Assembly (NCBI GenBank): GCA_038247415.1
Contig: JBBRUX010000028.1
Location: 1 to 50,388, forward strand
Length of the DNA stretch: 50,388 nt
Direction of reading: 5' to 3'
From: Chitinivibrionales bacterium
Lineage (GTDB): Bacteria; Fibrobacterota; Chitinivibrionia; Chitinivibrionales; WJKA01
Shown: piece by piece, positions 1 through 8,888 of the stretch
Position numbering within the stretch: the first letter of the stretch is position 1
Layout: the number at the start of each line of letters is the position of its first letter
Translations under genes and position numbers: made by a program
Notes under the pieces: model-generated
Told to the model about the DNA's origin: nothing
The model's database searches: none
What the model saw: only the letters and a program-made list of their open reading frames with translations

Positions 1-17
1 ATATAAAAAGCTTTTGA

Positions 18-296
18 ATGAAAGCCGTCGTTCCAATTGGTTTTCAATACATCCACCAGCACCCCGGTTACATACTTCTCTTTTCTCGTCTCGAACAGAT
101 TGACATCATATTCCGGCAGGTGTTTTCCTTTGTATTCGGCGCAAAGGGTTTTATGAAACCTGGAAATATGGTATACATATATGACTATTCCTTGAAACCT
201 TTGAAATACAATGATGTCAGTTTTGCAAAGCCTCCGTATTCACTTCATTTCTTTCCAGGCTTAAAGAAATTATATGTAAAGGGACATGGCAAATGA
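18..296 (+). CDS. Hypothetical protein (doubtful)
   Basis: 92-aa ORF whose stop overlaps the next start (ATGA 293-296). No recognisable motif, and the antisense frame is also open, so it may be spurious. Confidence 0.25.
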   Translation: MKAVVPIGFQYIHQHPGYILLFSRLEQIDIIFRQVFSFVFGAKGFMKPGNMVYIYDYSLKPLKYNDVSFAKPPYSLHFFPGLKKLYVKGHGK

Positions 297-787
297 AAAG
301 GCTTGCTATGTTTTGCTTCCTATGTTTGATTATTGCAAATTGTAACCACAAAGACATTAACTATAAACCCTACACAAATGCTTCATTTGTCAATTCTGAT
401 CTGTTGAATATAAAAAATGCTTTTTGCAATAAAGAATTGACTATTAATTATTTGAATAATCGTATTGTAGGAAAAGATTCCGAAGATAATAGTCAAAATA
501 CTCAACGGCATATCTATTATTTAGATAATAGTGACACTAGCTTTTCCATTGAATTATTAGACTTCAATGATTCAATACCTAATTCAGTCATAATCAAATT
601 TCCGTATCAAAAATATGAAAAAGACATGATTGATAAAATATTCGGTACATGCATTTACGAATTACCAAGAGCAAAGAATTCAAATCCTTGTACCTATCAT
701 AATTTTGGTTGTGATACAGGTACGGAAATTATTGCAGAAGTGCATTTCTTACATACAATTCAAAAGCTAAGTTTTCATAGAAAATGA
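293..787 (+). CDS. AT-rich hypothetical lipoprotein, probable gene-cassette ORF
   Basis: N-terminus MKR + hydrophobic stretch + IANC lipobox-like motif; much more AT-rich than the core genes; followed by an attC-like site. Confidence 0.7.
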   Translation: MKRLAMFCFLCLIIANCNHKDINYKPYTNASFVNSDLLNIKNAFCNKELTINYLNNRIVGKDSEDNSQNTQRHIYYLDNSDTSFSIELLDFNDSIPNSVIIKFPYQKYEKDMIDKIFGTCIYELPRAKNSNPCTYHNFGCDTGTEIIAEVHFLHTIQKLSFHRK

Positions 788-831
788 CAAAAAAACACGC
801 GCTCAGGAACGAAGACAGGGCCAAAACACAG

Positions 832-985
832 CAAACAACAGCGCCAGCCCAAAATTGACGTTTCGGCTGGGGCACTCACCGCTGGCGGGTGCAAAGCCAA
901 CCCGCCTGTCAGTTCGTGTCCACCAGCCTACACTTGGCGTTTTCCAAACGCCACAACTTCGGGCGAGTGGCGCGCACGTTGTGTG
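832..985 (+). mobile_element. attC-like cassette recombination site 1
   Basis: CAAACAAC (832-839) ... GTTGTGTG (978-985). Imperfect arms GCGCCA-GCCCAAAATTG / CAACTTCGGGC-GAG-TGGCGC plus internal hairpins; lies 3' of a single ORF. Confidence 0.7.
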
Positions 986-1052
986 AAATGCTGCCTGCTA
1001 AGACAGGGCCAGCGAAGAGCGCGGCCATCCATGGCCACGCAAGAATAAAACA

Positions 1053-1081
1053 TTGCAGATAAAAGTTTTTATACATATATT
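1053..1081 (+). promoter_or_regulatory. sigma70-type promoter of the TA cassette
   Basis: TTGCAG (1053-1058), 17-nt spacer, TATATT (1076-1081), ATG at 1088. Confidence 0.55.
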
Positions 1082-1087
1082 AGATGT

Positions 1088-1351
1088 ATGTGGCATTTTA
1101 CTCAACACGTTTTAATCAGAATAGAAGAAAGAGGATTTACCAAAAGTTAAATCCTTTAGGTTCTGAATGGTGACGTTCCGGCACTTGTATACGTAAGCGC
1201 CCAAGATAAAGAAGCAGACATGTATTTCGGAAAGGTTGGGGACAAGTTTTTAATGATACCGGTAGATAGAATGACCACATCAATAATTACAGTACGTCCA
1301 ATGCGAAAAAATGAAAAGGATGTATTTACAAAAGAGGTAAAAAATGGTTAA
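1088..1351 (+). pseudogene. DUF4258/BrnT-like toxin pseudogene (two in-frame stops)
   Basis: Manual translation MWHFTQHVLIRIEERGFTKS*IL*VLNGDVPALVYVSAQDKEADMYFGKVGDKFLMIPVDRMTTSIITVRPMRKNEKDVFTKEVKNG*. FTxH..R..ERG start and ITVR end are typical of this family. TAA at 1148-1150, TAG at 1157-1159; overlaps the antitoxin start. Confidence 0.75.
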
Positions 1352-1598
1352 AGTAAACCGGCTGCAACATTTTGAAGATACCGATTTTTCAGAATTAATG
1401 AAGATACAAAAAGGTAGGAAAATTGGCGGGGTAGCGAAGAGAATTACAATAAATATTTCAGACAAAATTTATGATGAAGCCAATGAACTTGATTCCTATA
1501 TGCAAATGGGCTATCAGAATGTTTTAAAAACTGCGATGACAATTGGATTAACAGAATTGTATGAGCAGGTATCAAAACATAAAGTCAATAGAAAGTAA
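1344..1598 (+). CDS. BrnA/CopG-like ribbon-helix-helix antitoxin
   Basis: KRITINISD beta-strand and GYQNVLK motif resemble the BrnA C-terminus; GAGG RBS; coupled to the toxin-like gene. Confidence 0.7.
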   Translation: MVKVNRLQHFEDTDFSELMKIQKGRKIGGVAKRITINISDKIYDEANELDSYMQMGYQNVLKTAMTIGLTELYEQVSKHKVNRK

Positions 1599-1663
1599 GA
1601 TATTTGCTTGCCGTCGTGGCAAGTAAATGAAGAACGCTGGCCCTAAGAAAGCAGTCAGCACAT

Positions 1664-1817
1664 CAAACAACACAGCCATGGCGGCTCGGAGGACCTCGAC
1701 CCAAATGCCAGCGGCACTGGTGGTAGCACCTGCGTGTCCGTTCACCTTCAGTCGTGTCCACTCGCAAAGCCTCGGGCACCGTCATGTCGGCAATCCGGCC
1801 ACGGCACACGTTGTGGG
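1664..1817 (+). mobile_element. attC-like cassette recombination site 2
   Basis: CAAACAAC (1664-1671) ... GTTGTGGG (1810-1817). Arms GCCATGGCGG / CCGGCCACGGC. Same 138-nt AAC-to-GTT spacing as site 1, and shared GGCACT and CAGT(T)CGTGTCCAC motifs. Confidence 0.7.
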
Positions 1818-2309
1818 CAATTGTAAACCGCTCAAGACATAAGAGCGCTTGCAAGACAGGAAGACCATAAAACCGTTTAAGGCGATGCCGCACTATGATC
1901 AAATCTGGCGCGTCCTGCGCCTCCAATTTGAAACTTAGAATGAATAAAAATCGATTAAAAGGTAAAACATCTTAATAGCGCATCCGTTACCATTCCGGCA
2001 AAAACGCTTCGTACTCTTTCGGCCCCTGCCAAGTTGATTTGGCTTTCTCAAAGAATAGTGTTATAGAAACAGCAATAAACTTAGGTACATTTATTGAGGC
2101 ATTGTAGCTTGATTCCTCATTTGAAAGGTGGCTAAAAGAAATTATTTTTCTTTTAGTCTCTTTTTTACCCACAGCCTTCAATTCTTAATTCTTTAGTGCT
2201 ACTCAAAACCAGTCTCGATGATAACCTCCCGATTTTGAACATCCCCCGCGGATAAGTATTTTGTACATTCTTTAAATTGGTTCTATTACTTTAGTATAAG
2301 CAGGCACAC

Positions 2310-5258
2310 ATGCCCCGACTTTTTGATCTTTTAAGCGGTTCATCGGATGAACAGAAACTCCGTGCGCTGGCACAACCAAAACGACCTGCTCCACCGGCCA
2401 AAAAAGCCCCTGCTGCAAAACCTATGCCTCTTCCCCTTTTTGAACAAGAAACAAGCTTACCCTTGGTACCCGAGTTTGTGGCACTCGATTTTGAAACCAC
2501 GGGGCTCGATGATAAAAATGAGCGCGTTATTGAAGTAGGTGCAATTCGATTTGTAAATGGGGTTCCCATTGCCGAAATCAGCATGTTCATTAATCCGCAA
2601 AAGCCTATTCCTCCCGAAATTTCAGACCTCACCGGTATCCGCGACGCCGATGTGGCAACTGCAAAGAAGTTTTCGGAGATTGCAGACGAACTTGTTGCCT
2701 TTATTGGCACTGCGCCACTGTGTGGGCATCAGATCGATTTCGATGTTGGATTTTTAAAAGCAGAACTTATTCGCTGCAATAAAGCCGAACTTAATCCCCC
2801 GCAGCTTGACACAGCGCTTCTTTCTCGCATTGTACTATCCGACCTCAAAGGATACTCTCTTTCTAATGTATCGGATGCTCTTGAAGTACCATTAACTACT
2901 GCGCATCGCGCGCTGGATGATGCTAAAGCATCAGGGTTTGTTGCACTCAAACTCCTCAACCTTTTGGGCGAGATTCCCTATCACATTCGCAAATCGATGG
3001 CCCACATGTGCCCTGCATCGTATTTAAAATCAATTCTCTTTGCAACGCTTGGGGTGCCCTCTGCTCATCCTTATTCGTCAAAAAGGACTCTTCCTCCCAT
3101 TGGCCAGAAGCTTTTGCATCCCGATGAACTAATTCCTGTTGATCAAGAAAAGCTGACAGAATTTTTTTCTGAAAATGGGGCGTTGTCTCAAACCGTTGAC
3201 ACTTATACAATTCGAAATGCACAACAACAGATGGCCAAAGAGTGCGCAGCAGCGTTATCCGACCGCAGCTTTCTTGTGTCCGAAGCTCAAACCGGCACCG
3301 GAAAGTCGCTGGCATACCTTGTGCCTGCTGCCCTGTTTGCCCAAGCAAATAATTGCAGAGTTTTAGTTGCTACCCATACCCGCAATCTACAAGACCAGCT
3401 CATTGCCAAGGATATTCCTCTTGTCAAAAAGGCACTTGGCACAAATCTCTCGTTTTCGGTTTTAAAAGGCCGATCAAATTACATTTGTCGCAGACGTTTC
3501 CAGAAGCTTGCTTTTGGGGAACTCGGCTATATTTCTGCACGCGAACGGGCCGGTGCATTACCCCTTGTCTCGTGGATAGAACGCACGACCACAGGCGACA
3601 TCGAAGAACAACAGCAATTCAATCGCAGTTGGTATCGCAAAGTTTGGAATCTTATTTCAGCCGAAACTCACGAATGCAAAAATCGTGCGTGCCCTGCGTA
3701 TGGGGAATGCTTCTTTCAACGAGCACGGCAAAAGGCGCTGTCTTCACATATCGTAGTTATCAACCATGCGCTTTTCTTTTCTGAAGTATGTGCAGAAACA
3801 TCATTTCTTGGACCTATCGATGGGCTAATTTTCGATGAAGCTCACCACCTCGAGGCAAGCGGACATCAGCACTTGCGAACTGAGGTTGATACTAATAGAT
3901 TCATGCAATACATCGATTTCATGAGCGACCTTCAAAAAAAGATCGAGAAGATACCTGCTAATCCTGCATGTGATACAATTATCAAATCGCTCAAAACAAG
4001 CATTAAACGGCTGCGCAAAGCTTCGGAACACTTTTTAACACGCGTAAGTACCTTTGCCTCCCCACACTCACGGGATGGCCAGGTGTTTGCAGCTGCACTC
4101 GCACCCGATCAATATGCATCCGACCCGGATGGTCTTGACATCGATATAACACTTAAAGATGTTGGTGATACGTTACATACGCTTCTGCAACACATCACCG
4201 CCCCCGAAAAAGAAGACACCTTCGATGGACTCGGTGCCGAAGCAGCACTCTGCAATCAGCGCACCTCACAATTACGCGCCGATCTTATCTACCTCTGTAA
4301 AGCATCAACACCGGGGCATGTTTTTTGGGCAGAAGGCAAAGTAGATAAAAACTGGATCAAGATCTGCGGCGTATCGCTGGATATTGGTGCAATATTATCC
4401 CAGGTGTGGCACACCAACAAGATGGGCGTTATATTTACATCGGCTACTCTTTTTGCATCCGACTCCCACGACGCTTGCCTAACCCGCTTTGGGCTAACAG
4501 GCGATCATAAGGACAAAACAATTGTCAATCGTTTCACAAGCCCCTTTTCAAAGGATCAATCGTTACTTGTTGCTGCGCCCTGGATGGCAGAACCAGACGA
4601 TACCGAGTATGCGCAATCACTTGCAACAACCATCGAGCAGATTTCATGCACCTTCAAACGCAATATGCTGGTACTTTTCACATCCCTTGCCCTCATGAAT
4701 CGTGTTTACAGCATGCTACGAGCATCTTCAAAACTGGATCGTCAAAAAGTACTTGCTCAAGGGCTTTCGGGCAACCGGCATCATTTGCTCACCCGGATGC
4801 ATACCGATAAAGGTATTATTGTTCTGGGGGCAGACAGCTTTTGGGAAGGCATCGATGCTCCCGGCGAAACATGTGAAATTGTTGTCATTACGCGACTTCC
4901 GTTTATTGTTCCGTCGCATCCGCTTACCGTGGCTCTTGCACAGCAGCACGAAACTAATGGCGGCGATTCGTTTTTTACCTTTGCCCTACCCGAAGCAATT
5001 ATCCGATTTAGACAAGGCATTGGTCGATTGATACGCACCGAAAACGATAGAGGCGTATTACTTGTTTTAGATCGTCGACTTGTTACCAAAGGCTATGGCA
5101 AACAATTTATTAAAGCATACGGGTCAGCTGTACAACAGAGCACCGATAGTAACGACATGGTTGCACACATGGATACCTTTTTTAACCAGCCGCACAAACT
5201 TTCTAAAACGCTTAAAATTGACAGCGAACCACAGTATGTTCCGTTTGATGATCTATAA
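2310..5258 (+). CDS. dinG: DnaQ-like 3'-5' exonuclease / DinG family helicase fusion
   Basis: DFETTG and HRALDDA exonuclease motifs, AQTGTGKS Walker A, DEAH box, Fe-S cysteines, FWEGID and QGIGRLIR motifs. Confidence 0.92.
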   Translation: MPRLFDLLSGSSDEQKLRALAQPKRPAPPAKKAPAAKPMPLPLFEQETSLPLVPEFVALDFETTGLDDKNERVIEVGAIRFVNGVPIAEISMFINPQKPIPPEISDLTGIRDADVATAKKFSEIADELVAFIGTAPLCGHQIDFDVGFLKAELIRCNKAELNPPQLDTALLSRIVLSDLKGYSLSNVSDALEVPLTTAHRALDDAKASGFVALKLLNLLGEIPYHIRKSMAHMCPASYLKSILFATLGVPSAHPYSSKRTLPPIGQKLLHPDELIPVDQEKLTEFFSENGALSQTVDTYTIRNAQQQMAKECAAALSDRSFLVSEAQTGTGKSLAYLVPAALFAQANNCRVLVATHTRNLQDQLIAKDIPLVKKALGTNLSFSVLKGRSNYICRRRFQKLAFGELGYISARERAGALPLVSWIERTTTGDIEEQQQFNRSWYRKVWNLISAETHECKNRACPAYGECFFQRARQKALSSHIVVINHALFFSEVCAETSFLGPIDGLIFDEAHHLEASGHQHLRTEVDTNRFMQYIDFMSDLQKKIEKIPANPACDTIIKSLKTSIKRLRKASEHFLTRVSTFASPHSRDGQVFAAALAPDQYASDPDGLDIDITLKDVGDTLHTLLQHITAPEKEDTFDGLGAEAALCNQRTSQLRADLIYLCKASTPGHVFWAEGKVDKNWIKICGVSLDIGAILSQVWHTNKMGVIFTSATLFASDSHDACLTRFGLTGDHKDKTIVNRFTSPFSKDQSLLVAAPWMAEPDDTEYAQSLATTIEQISCTFKRNMLVLFTSLALMNRVYSMLRASSKLDRQKVLAQGLSGNRHHLLTRMHTDKGIIVLGADSFWEGIDAPGETCEIVVITRLPFIVPSHPLTVALAQQHETNGGDSFFTFALPEAIIRFRQGIGRLIRTENDRGVLLVLDRRLVTKGYGKQFIKAYGSAVQQSTDSNDMVAHMDTFFNQPHKLSKTLKIDSEPQYVPFDDL

Positions 5259-5281
5259 TGCTTTTTAAAAGGAACGAATTC

Positions 5282-5812
5282 ATGAACACGACTTGCTTCT
5301 TTAGAACTTTGGTACGATTGGTACTGTGTTGCAGCTGCCTTGGTCTATGCCTGTTGCTACCAAGCTGCGGGGTCTATACTTTTACGCAGTCATCTCTTCC
5401 GCAAAATCTGAAAACTATCGATATTCCCCTTTTAGCAAACACAAGCGGACAACCCAATGTAGCCGAAGCACTCACCGATGAGCTTTCAAAAAGCGTTCAA
5501 TCGGGCAACCTTTTGCGCATCGTTTCCGACAAAGGCGACGCAACGCTTAAAGGGATTGTAACAGGGTATTCTACCTACCCGTACACTTATGGACAAAAAG
5601 CAATCAGGGAAGTTGATGTTTCTCAATATGCAGTTAAAATAACCGTGGATGTTGAATTTCTTGACAACAAAAACGATAAACCTCTTTACAAAGGCACGAT
5701 TTCGGGCGAAGGTATTTACGAATTTAAAACGGAAACCGAAGAAAAAGGAAGAAAACTTGCCCTGCGTAAGGTAGCCGATCAGGTCATGCAAAACTCAGTT
5801 CAGAGCTGGTAG
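5282..5812 (+). CDS. LptE-family LPS assembly lipoprotein
   Basis: Lipobox LPSC followed by GVYTF; LptE-like size and pattern (L.G.V..Y, V.V.F.D). Start at 5282 chosen from the AAGGA RBS. Confidence 0.7.
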   Translation: MNTTCFFRTLVRLVLCCSCLGLCLLLPSCGVYTFTQSSLPQNLKTIDIPLLANTSGQPNVAEALTDELSKSVQSGNLLRIVSDKGDATLKGIVTGYSTYPYTYGQKAIREVDVSQYAVKITVDVEFLDNKNDKPLYKGTISGEGIYEFKTETEEKGRKLALRKVADQVMQNSVQSW

Positions 5813-5838
5813 CGGCATCGTATCTGGTTATTGGATTA

Positions 5839-7872
5839 ATGTATTTTTTCTCAATGCATCCACAACCTTTTAAAACAACTCCCCACTCTCTTGAGCTTCT
5901 GGCGCCGGCCGGAAAGCCCGATTGTTTCTACGCGGCACTTGATGCTGGCGCTAATGCGGTGTATGTAGGCGTAGACGCTTTTAATGCCCGTTTGCGCGCA
6001 CCCAATTTTACCCTCAAGACGCTTTCTCACCTTGTTCCCTATGCCCATGCACACAAGGTAAAAGTGTATGTTACCCTCAATACGCTCGTGCGCAATATCG
6101 AAATCCCCGATGCCCTCAACCTTGTTTTTGCCCTTTCCCAAATTGGTGTCGATGCCATTATTGCAGCCGACATTGGGCTTATAACGTTGGCTCAAGCAGC
6201 ATTTCCAAAACTTCCTATTCATGCGTCAACGCAAATGAGTATTCATAATAGCGCCGGCTGCGAAGCTATCAAACGCATGGGCATTTCGCGTGCGGTTCTT
6301 GCCCGTGAATGCACCTTCGAAGAAATCAAAGCCATCCGCCACGCCACGAATTTGGAGCTTGAGATATTTGTTCATGGAGCCATTTGCTATTCGTATTCTG
6401 GGGCCTGTCTTGCGTCAAGCAGCTTTGGGGGGCAAAGCGGAAATCGAGGAAGATGCACCCAGGTATGCAGACGTCAATTTACACAAAATGGTGTTACGGG
6501 GAATTTCTTTTCGCCCTACGATCTTTCGCTTTTGCAAGAAGTTCCGGCATTAGTTGCCCTGGGCATTGCAAGCCTTAAAATAGAGGGCCGCATGAAAAGC
6601 CCGCATTATGTTCATACAGTTGTTAAGGCGTACCGAGGAGTACTCGATAATCCATCTCGTATCCAAGAATACGAAGAAATGCTTAAAAACGATTTGGCGC
6701 GCAATAAAACAACGCTCTTTTTTAAAGATCCCCATCAAACGGGCATTATTAATTCACAAACAGGGAGTGGCACCGGCATTAATCTTGGAACCATTAGTGC
6801 CTGTGTTGGAACAACAATTAGCGTGTCAACTTCCCAAGCGCTCTGTGTTGGAGATACCATCAGAATCCATCCAGCAACAGGCTTTGAAGGAGAGTCGTAT
6901 CGTATACATGCCATTGCCGCACGCGACAACGTACTTGACATTACGCTCGATAAGCAAGGAGCATGTGCTTGCGGGGATCGGGTTTATCTTACTGCCTTTA
7001 AAAAAGAATACACCCCCCCACGACCAAAAACTGCTAGTTTTCCTGCCCGATATCAAACAATATTTAATATTGCATCGCGGATTATAGCTGCCCACTCACC
7101 GCAACAGCAACCAAATCGTGGGACCGATAAAGTCTGGATCAAAGTCGATTCACCCGACTGGCTCCCGATTATTGCCGACAAAGCAGACTCGGTTATTATT
7201 TCTTTTGACAAAATACAAACTCTCAAATTTTTTGATAACACCGATCTGCTTCTTAAATTTGGCAAAAAACTTATCGTATCGTTACCGCAATTTATTCCGC
7301 AAGGTTTGCTTGCATCTTGGAGGGGTGTTATTGATACGGGTAAACGCAAAGGGATTTCTCGTTGGATGGCCCCCAACATTGGAACGCGTGCTCTTTTTGG
7401 TCCCGCAGATACGGTATATGCCGATTGGTCGATACCCTGCATGAACAGGCCAGCCCAGTATGGCGTACTCAAAACGGGCGCGAGTTTATTTACCTATTCT
7501 CTCGAAGATGATTTTGTCAACATTCGGGGAGCTTCAAATAGTCAAGGTTTGGTTTATTTGTACGGCACGATTCCGCTCTTTATTTCTCGGATACACCCCG
7601 GTGCACAGTTTAACGAAACGATAACCGATGCGCACAAGAATACGCTTCGTGTAGTGGAGCGCGATGGCCTTTTTTATACTCTCCAGCAATCACCCTTGTG
7701 CCTTTTGCAGAAGCGTGATAAACTCAGTGAGCTTGGGCTTAAAACATTTATTCTGGATCTTAGTTTTTTAAAAGCATCCCAACAAACACTTTCTTCTATT
7801 CTTGTGCATTATAAAGAAAAAACTAAAATTCCCCAAACGACCATGGTAAACTTTAAACTTGGTTTAGCGTAG
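5839..7872 (+). CDS. U32 family protein (RlhA-like RNA hydroxylation protein)
   Basis: ELLAPAG, HASTQ, EIFVHGAICYSYSGAC, NRGRCTQVCR and SLKIEGRMK motifs. Confidence 0.88.
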   Translation: MYFFSMHPQPFKTTPHSLELLAPAGKPDCFYAALDAGANAVYVGVDAFNARLRAPNFTLKTLSHLVPYAHAHKVKVYVTLNTLVRNIEIPDALNLVFALSQIGVDAIIAADIGLITLAQAAFPKLPIHASTQMSIHNSAGCEAIKRMGISRAVLARECTFEEIKAIRHATNLELEIFVHGAICYSYSGACLASSSFGGQSGNRGRCTQVCRRQFTQNGVTGNFFSPYDLSLLQEVPALVALGIASLKIEGRMKSPHYVHTVVKAYRGVLDNPSRIQEYEEMLKNDLARNKTTLFFKDPHQTGIINSQTGSGTGINLGTISACVGTTISVSTSQALCVGDTIRIHPATGFEGESYRIHAIAARDNVLDITLDKQGACACGDRVYLTAFKKEYTPPRPKTASFPARYQTIFNIASRIIAAHSPQQQPNRGTDKVWIKVDSPDWLPIIADKADSVIISFDKIQTLKFFDNTDLLLKFGKKLIVSLPQFIPQGLLASWRGVIDTGKRKGISRWMAPNIGTRALFGPADTVYADWSIPCMNRPAQYGVLKTGASLFTYSLEDDFVNIRGASNSQGLVYLYGTIPLFISRIHPGAQFNETITDAHKNTLRVVERDGLFYTLQQSPLCLLQKRDKLSELGLKTFILDLSFLKASQQTLSSILVHYKEKTKIPQTTMVNFKLGLA

Positions 7873-7883
7873 CACAAATTATT

Positions 7884-8885
7884 ATGAATATAGCAATTGT
7901 TGGAAGCGGAGCCGTGGGAAGTCTGTTGGGTGCATTCCTTGTTAGAAAAGGGCACTCGGTGACGCTGGTATGCCGTCCCGACCATGCCAGCGCTATCCAG
8001 AAAAATGGGCTTACCATTAAAGCAAACCTCAATTCCTTGTGCGTAGCCCTTCCTGTTGTTCATTCTCTTGCCTTTAAAGCAGATATCATCTTTCTTGCTG
8101 TCAAATATACCGACTTAAGCGCTACCTGCGCAAGCATTCATCCGTATGCAGCAGGATGTATTGTGGTTACTTTGCAAAACGGTGTTATGTGCGACGATCT
8201 TTGCCAAGCCATGCTTCCTCAAAGCACCCTTGTTGGAGGCATCGTTTTATTTAACGCACAATATTTTTCTGCCGGTGTCATTACCTATGGTGCCCAAGGA
8301 TCTATTCTTGTTGGAGATCCCCACGGGTTATCCCCTCAAGCTGTTGACACTGTGGCAACACTTCTGGGAAGCATCATGCCATGCACCAAGGTGAGCACCA
8401 TTAAAAACTTTCGCTATGCAAAGCTTTTAGTCAATAGCATTAATAATAGCCTCGATGCACTCACCAGTATGCCCCTTAATCAATGTATGGATCACCCCGA
8501 ACTCAGAATAATCGGGCTTCGCATTTTGCGCGAAACGGTTTCCGTTTTAAGGCATGCAAAAATCCCGCTTCGTAATACAGCAGGATTTAAAATACGCGAT
8601 CTTGTGCTCATTGCAGCGCTGCCTTTATGGATTGGTTCATTAATCTTGTGGCTTCGCATGCACAAGCGCCGCCAACGAGATATTTTTTCTTCAACCATTC
8701 AAAGTCTCATTCGTCACAAAGCTACCGAAATAGATTTTCTGCACGGCGAAATTGTACGTCTTGCAGCTTCACTGCAACTCAAGGCGCCCTACAATCAAAA
8801 AGTTGTTTCGCTGATACACACCATCGAACAAACCCATATTTTCTATTCACCAGAGGAATTGGTTCATCACTTTTCCCGTTTGTAA
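7884..8885 (+). CDS. panE: Ketopantoate reductase family protein
   Basis: GSGAVG Rossmann motif, AVK, LQNG, KLLVN and TEIDFLHGEIV motifs. Confidence 0.8.
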   Translation: MNIAIVGSGAVGSLLGAFLVRKGHSVTLVCRPDHASAIQKNGLTIKANLNSLCVALPVVHSLAFKADIIFLAVKYTDLSATCASIHPYAAGCIVVTLQNGVMCDDLCQAMLPQSTLVGGIVLFNAQYFSAGVITYGAQGSILVGDPHGLSPQAVDTVATLLGSIMPCTKVSTIKNFRYAKLLVNSINNSLDALTSMPLNQCMDHPELRIIGLRILRETVSVLRHAKIPLRNTAGFKIRDLVLIAALPLWIGSLILWLRMHKRRQRDIFSSTIQSLIRHKATEIDFLHGEIVRLAASLQLKAPYNQKVVSLIHTIEQTHIFYSPEELVHHFSRL

Positions 8886-8888
8886 CCT

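Noticed and set aside
1..239. Open minus-strand frame running off the left edge
   Set aside because: No convincing start or motif; it cannot be separated from the antisense shadow of ORF 18-296.
1148..1159. Stop-codon recoding or alternative genetic code in the toxin gene
   Set aside because: Two different stops (TAA and TAG) occur, and TAA, TAG and TGA all terminate normal genes elsewhere in the window. Pseudogenisation is simpler.
1627..1926. ORFs 1627-1842 (+) and 1663-1926 (-)
   Set aside because: They overlie the GC-rich attC-like site and have no protein motif.
1987..2181. 64-aa minus-strand ORF after the array
   Set aside because: TTG start, no RBS and no recognisable motif; possibly a gene remnant but not supportable.
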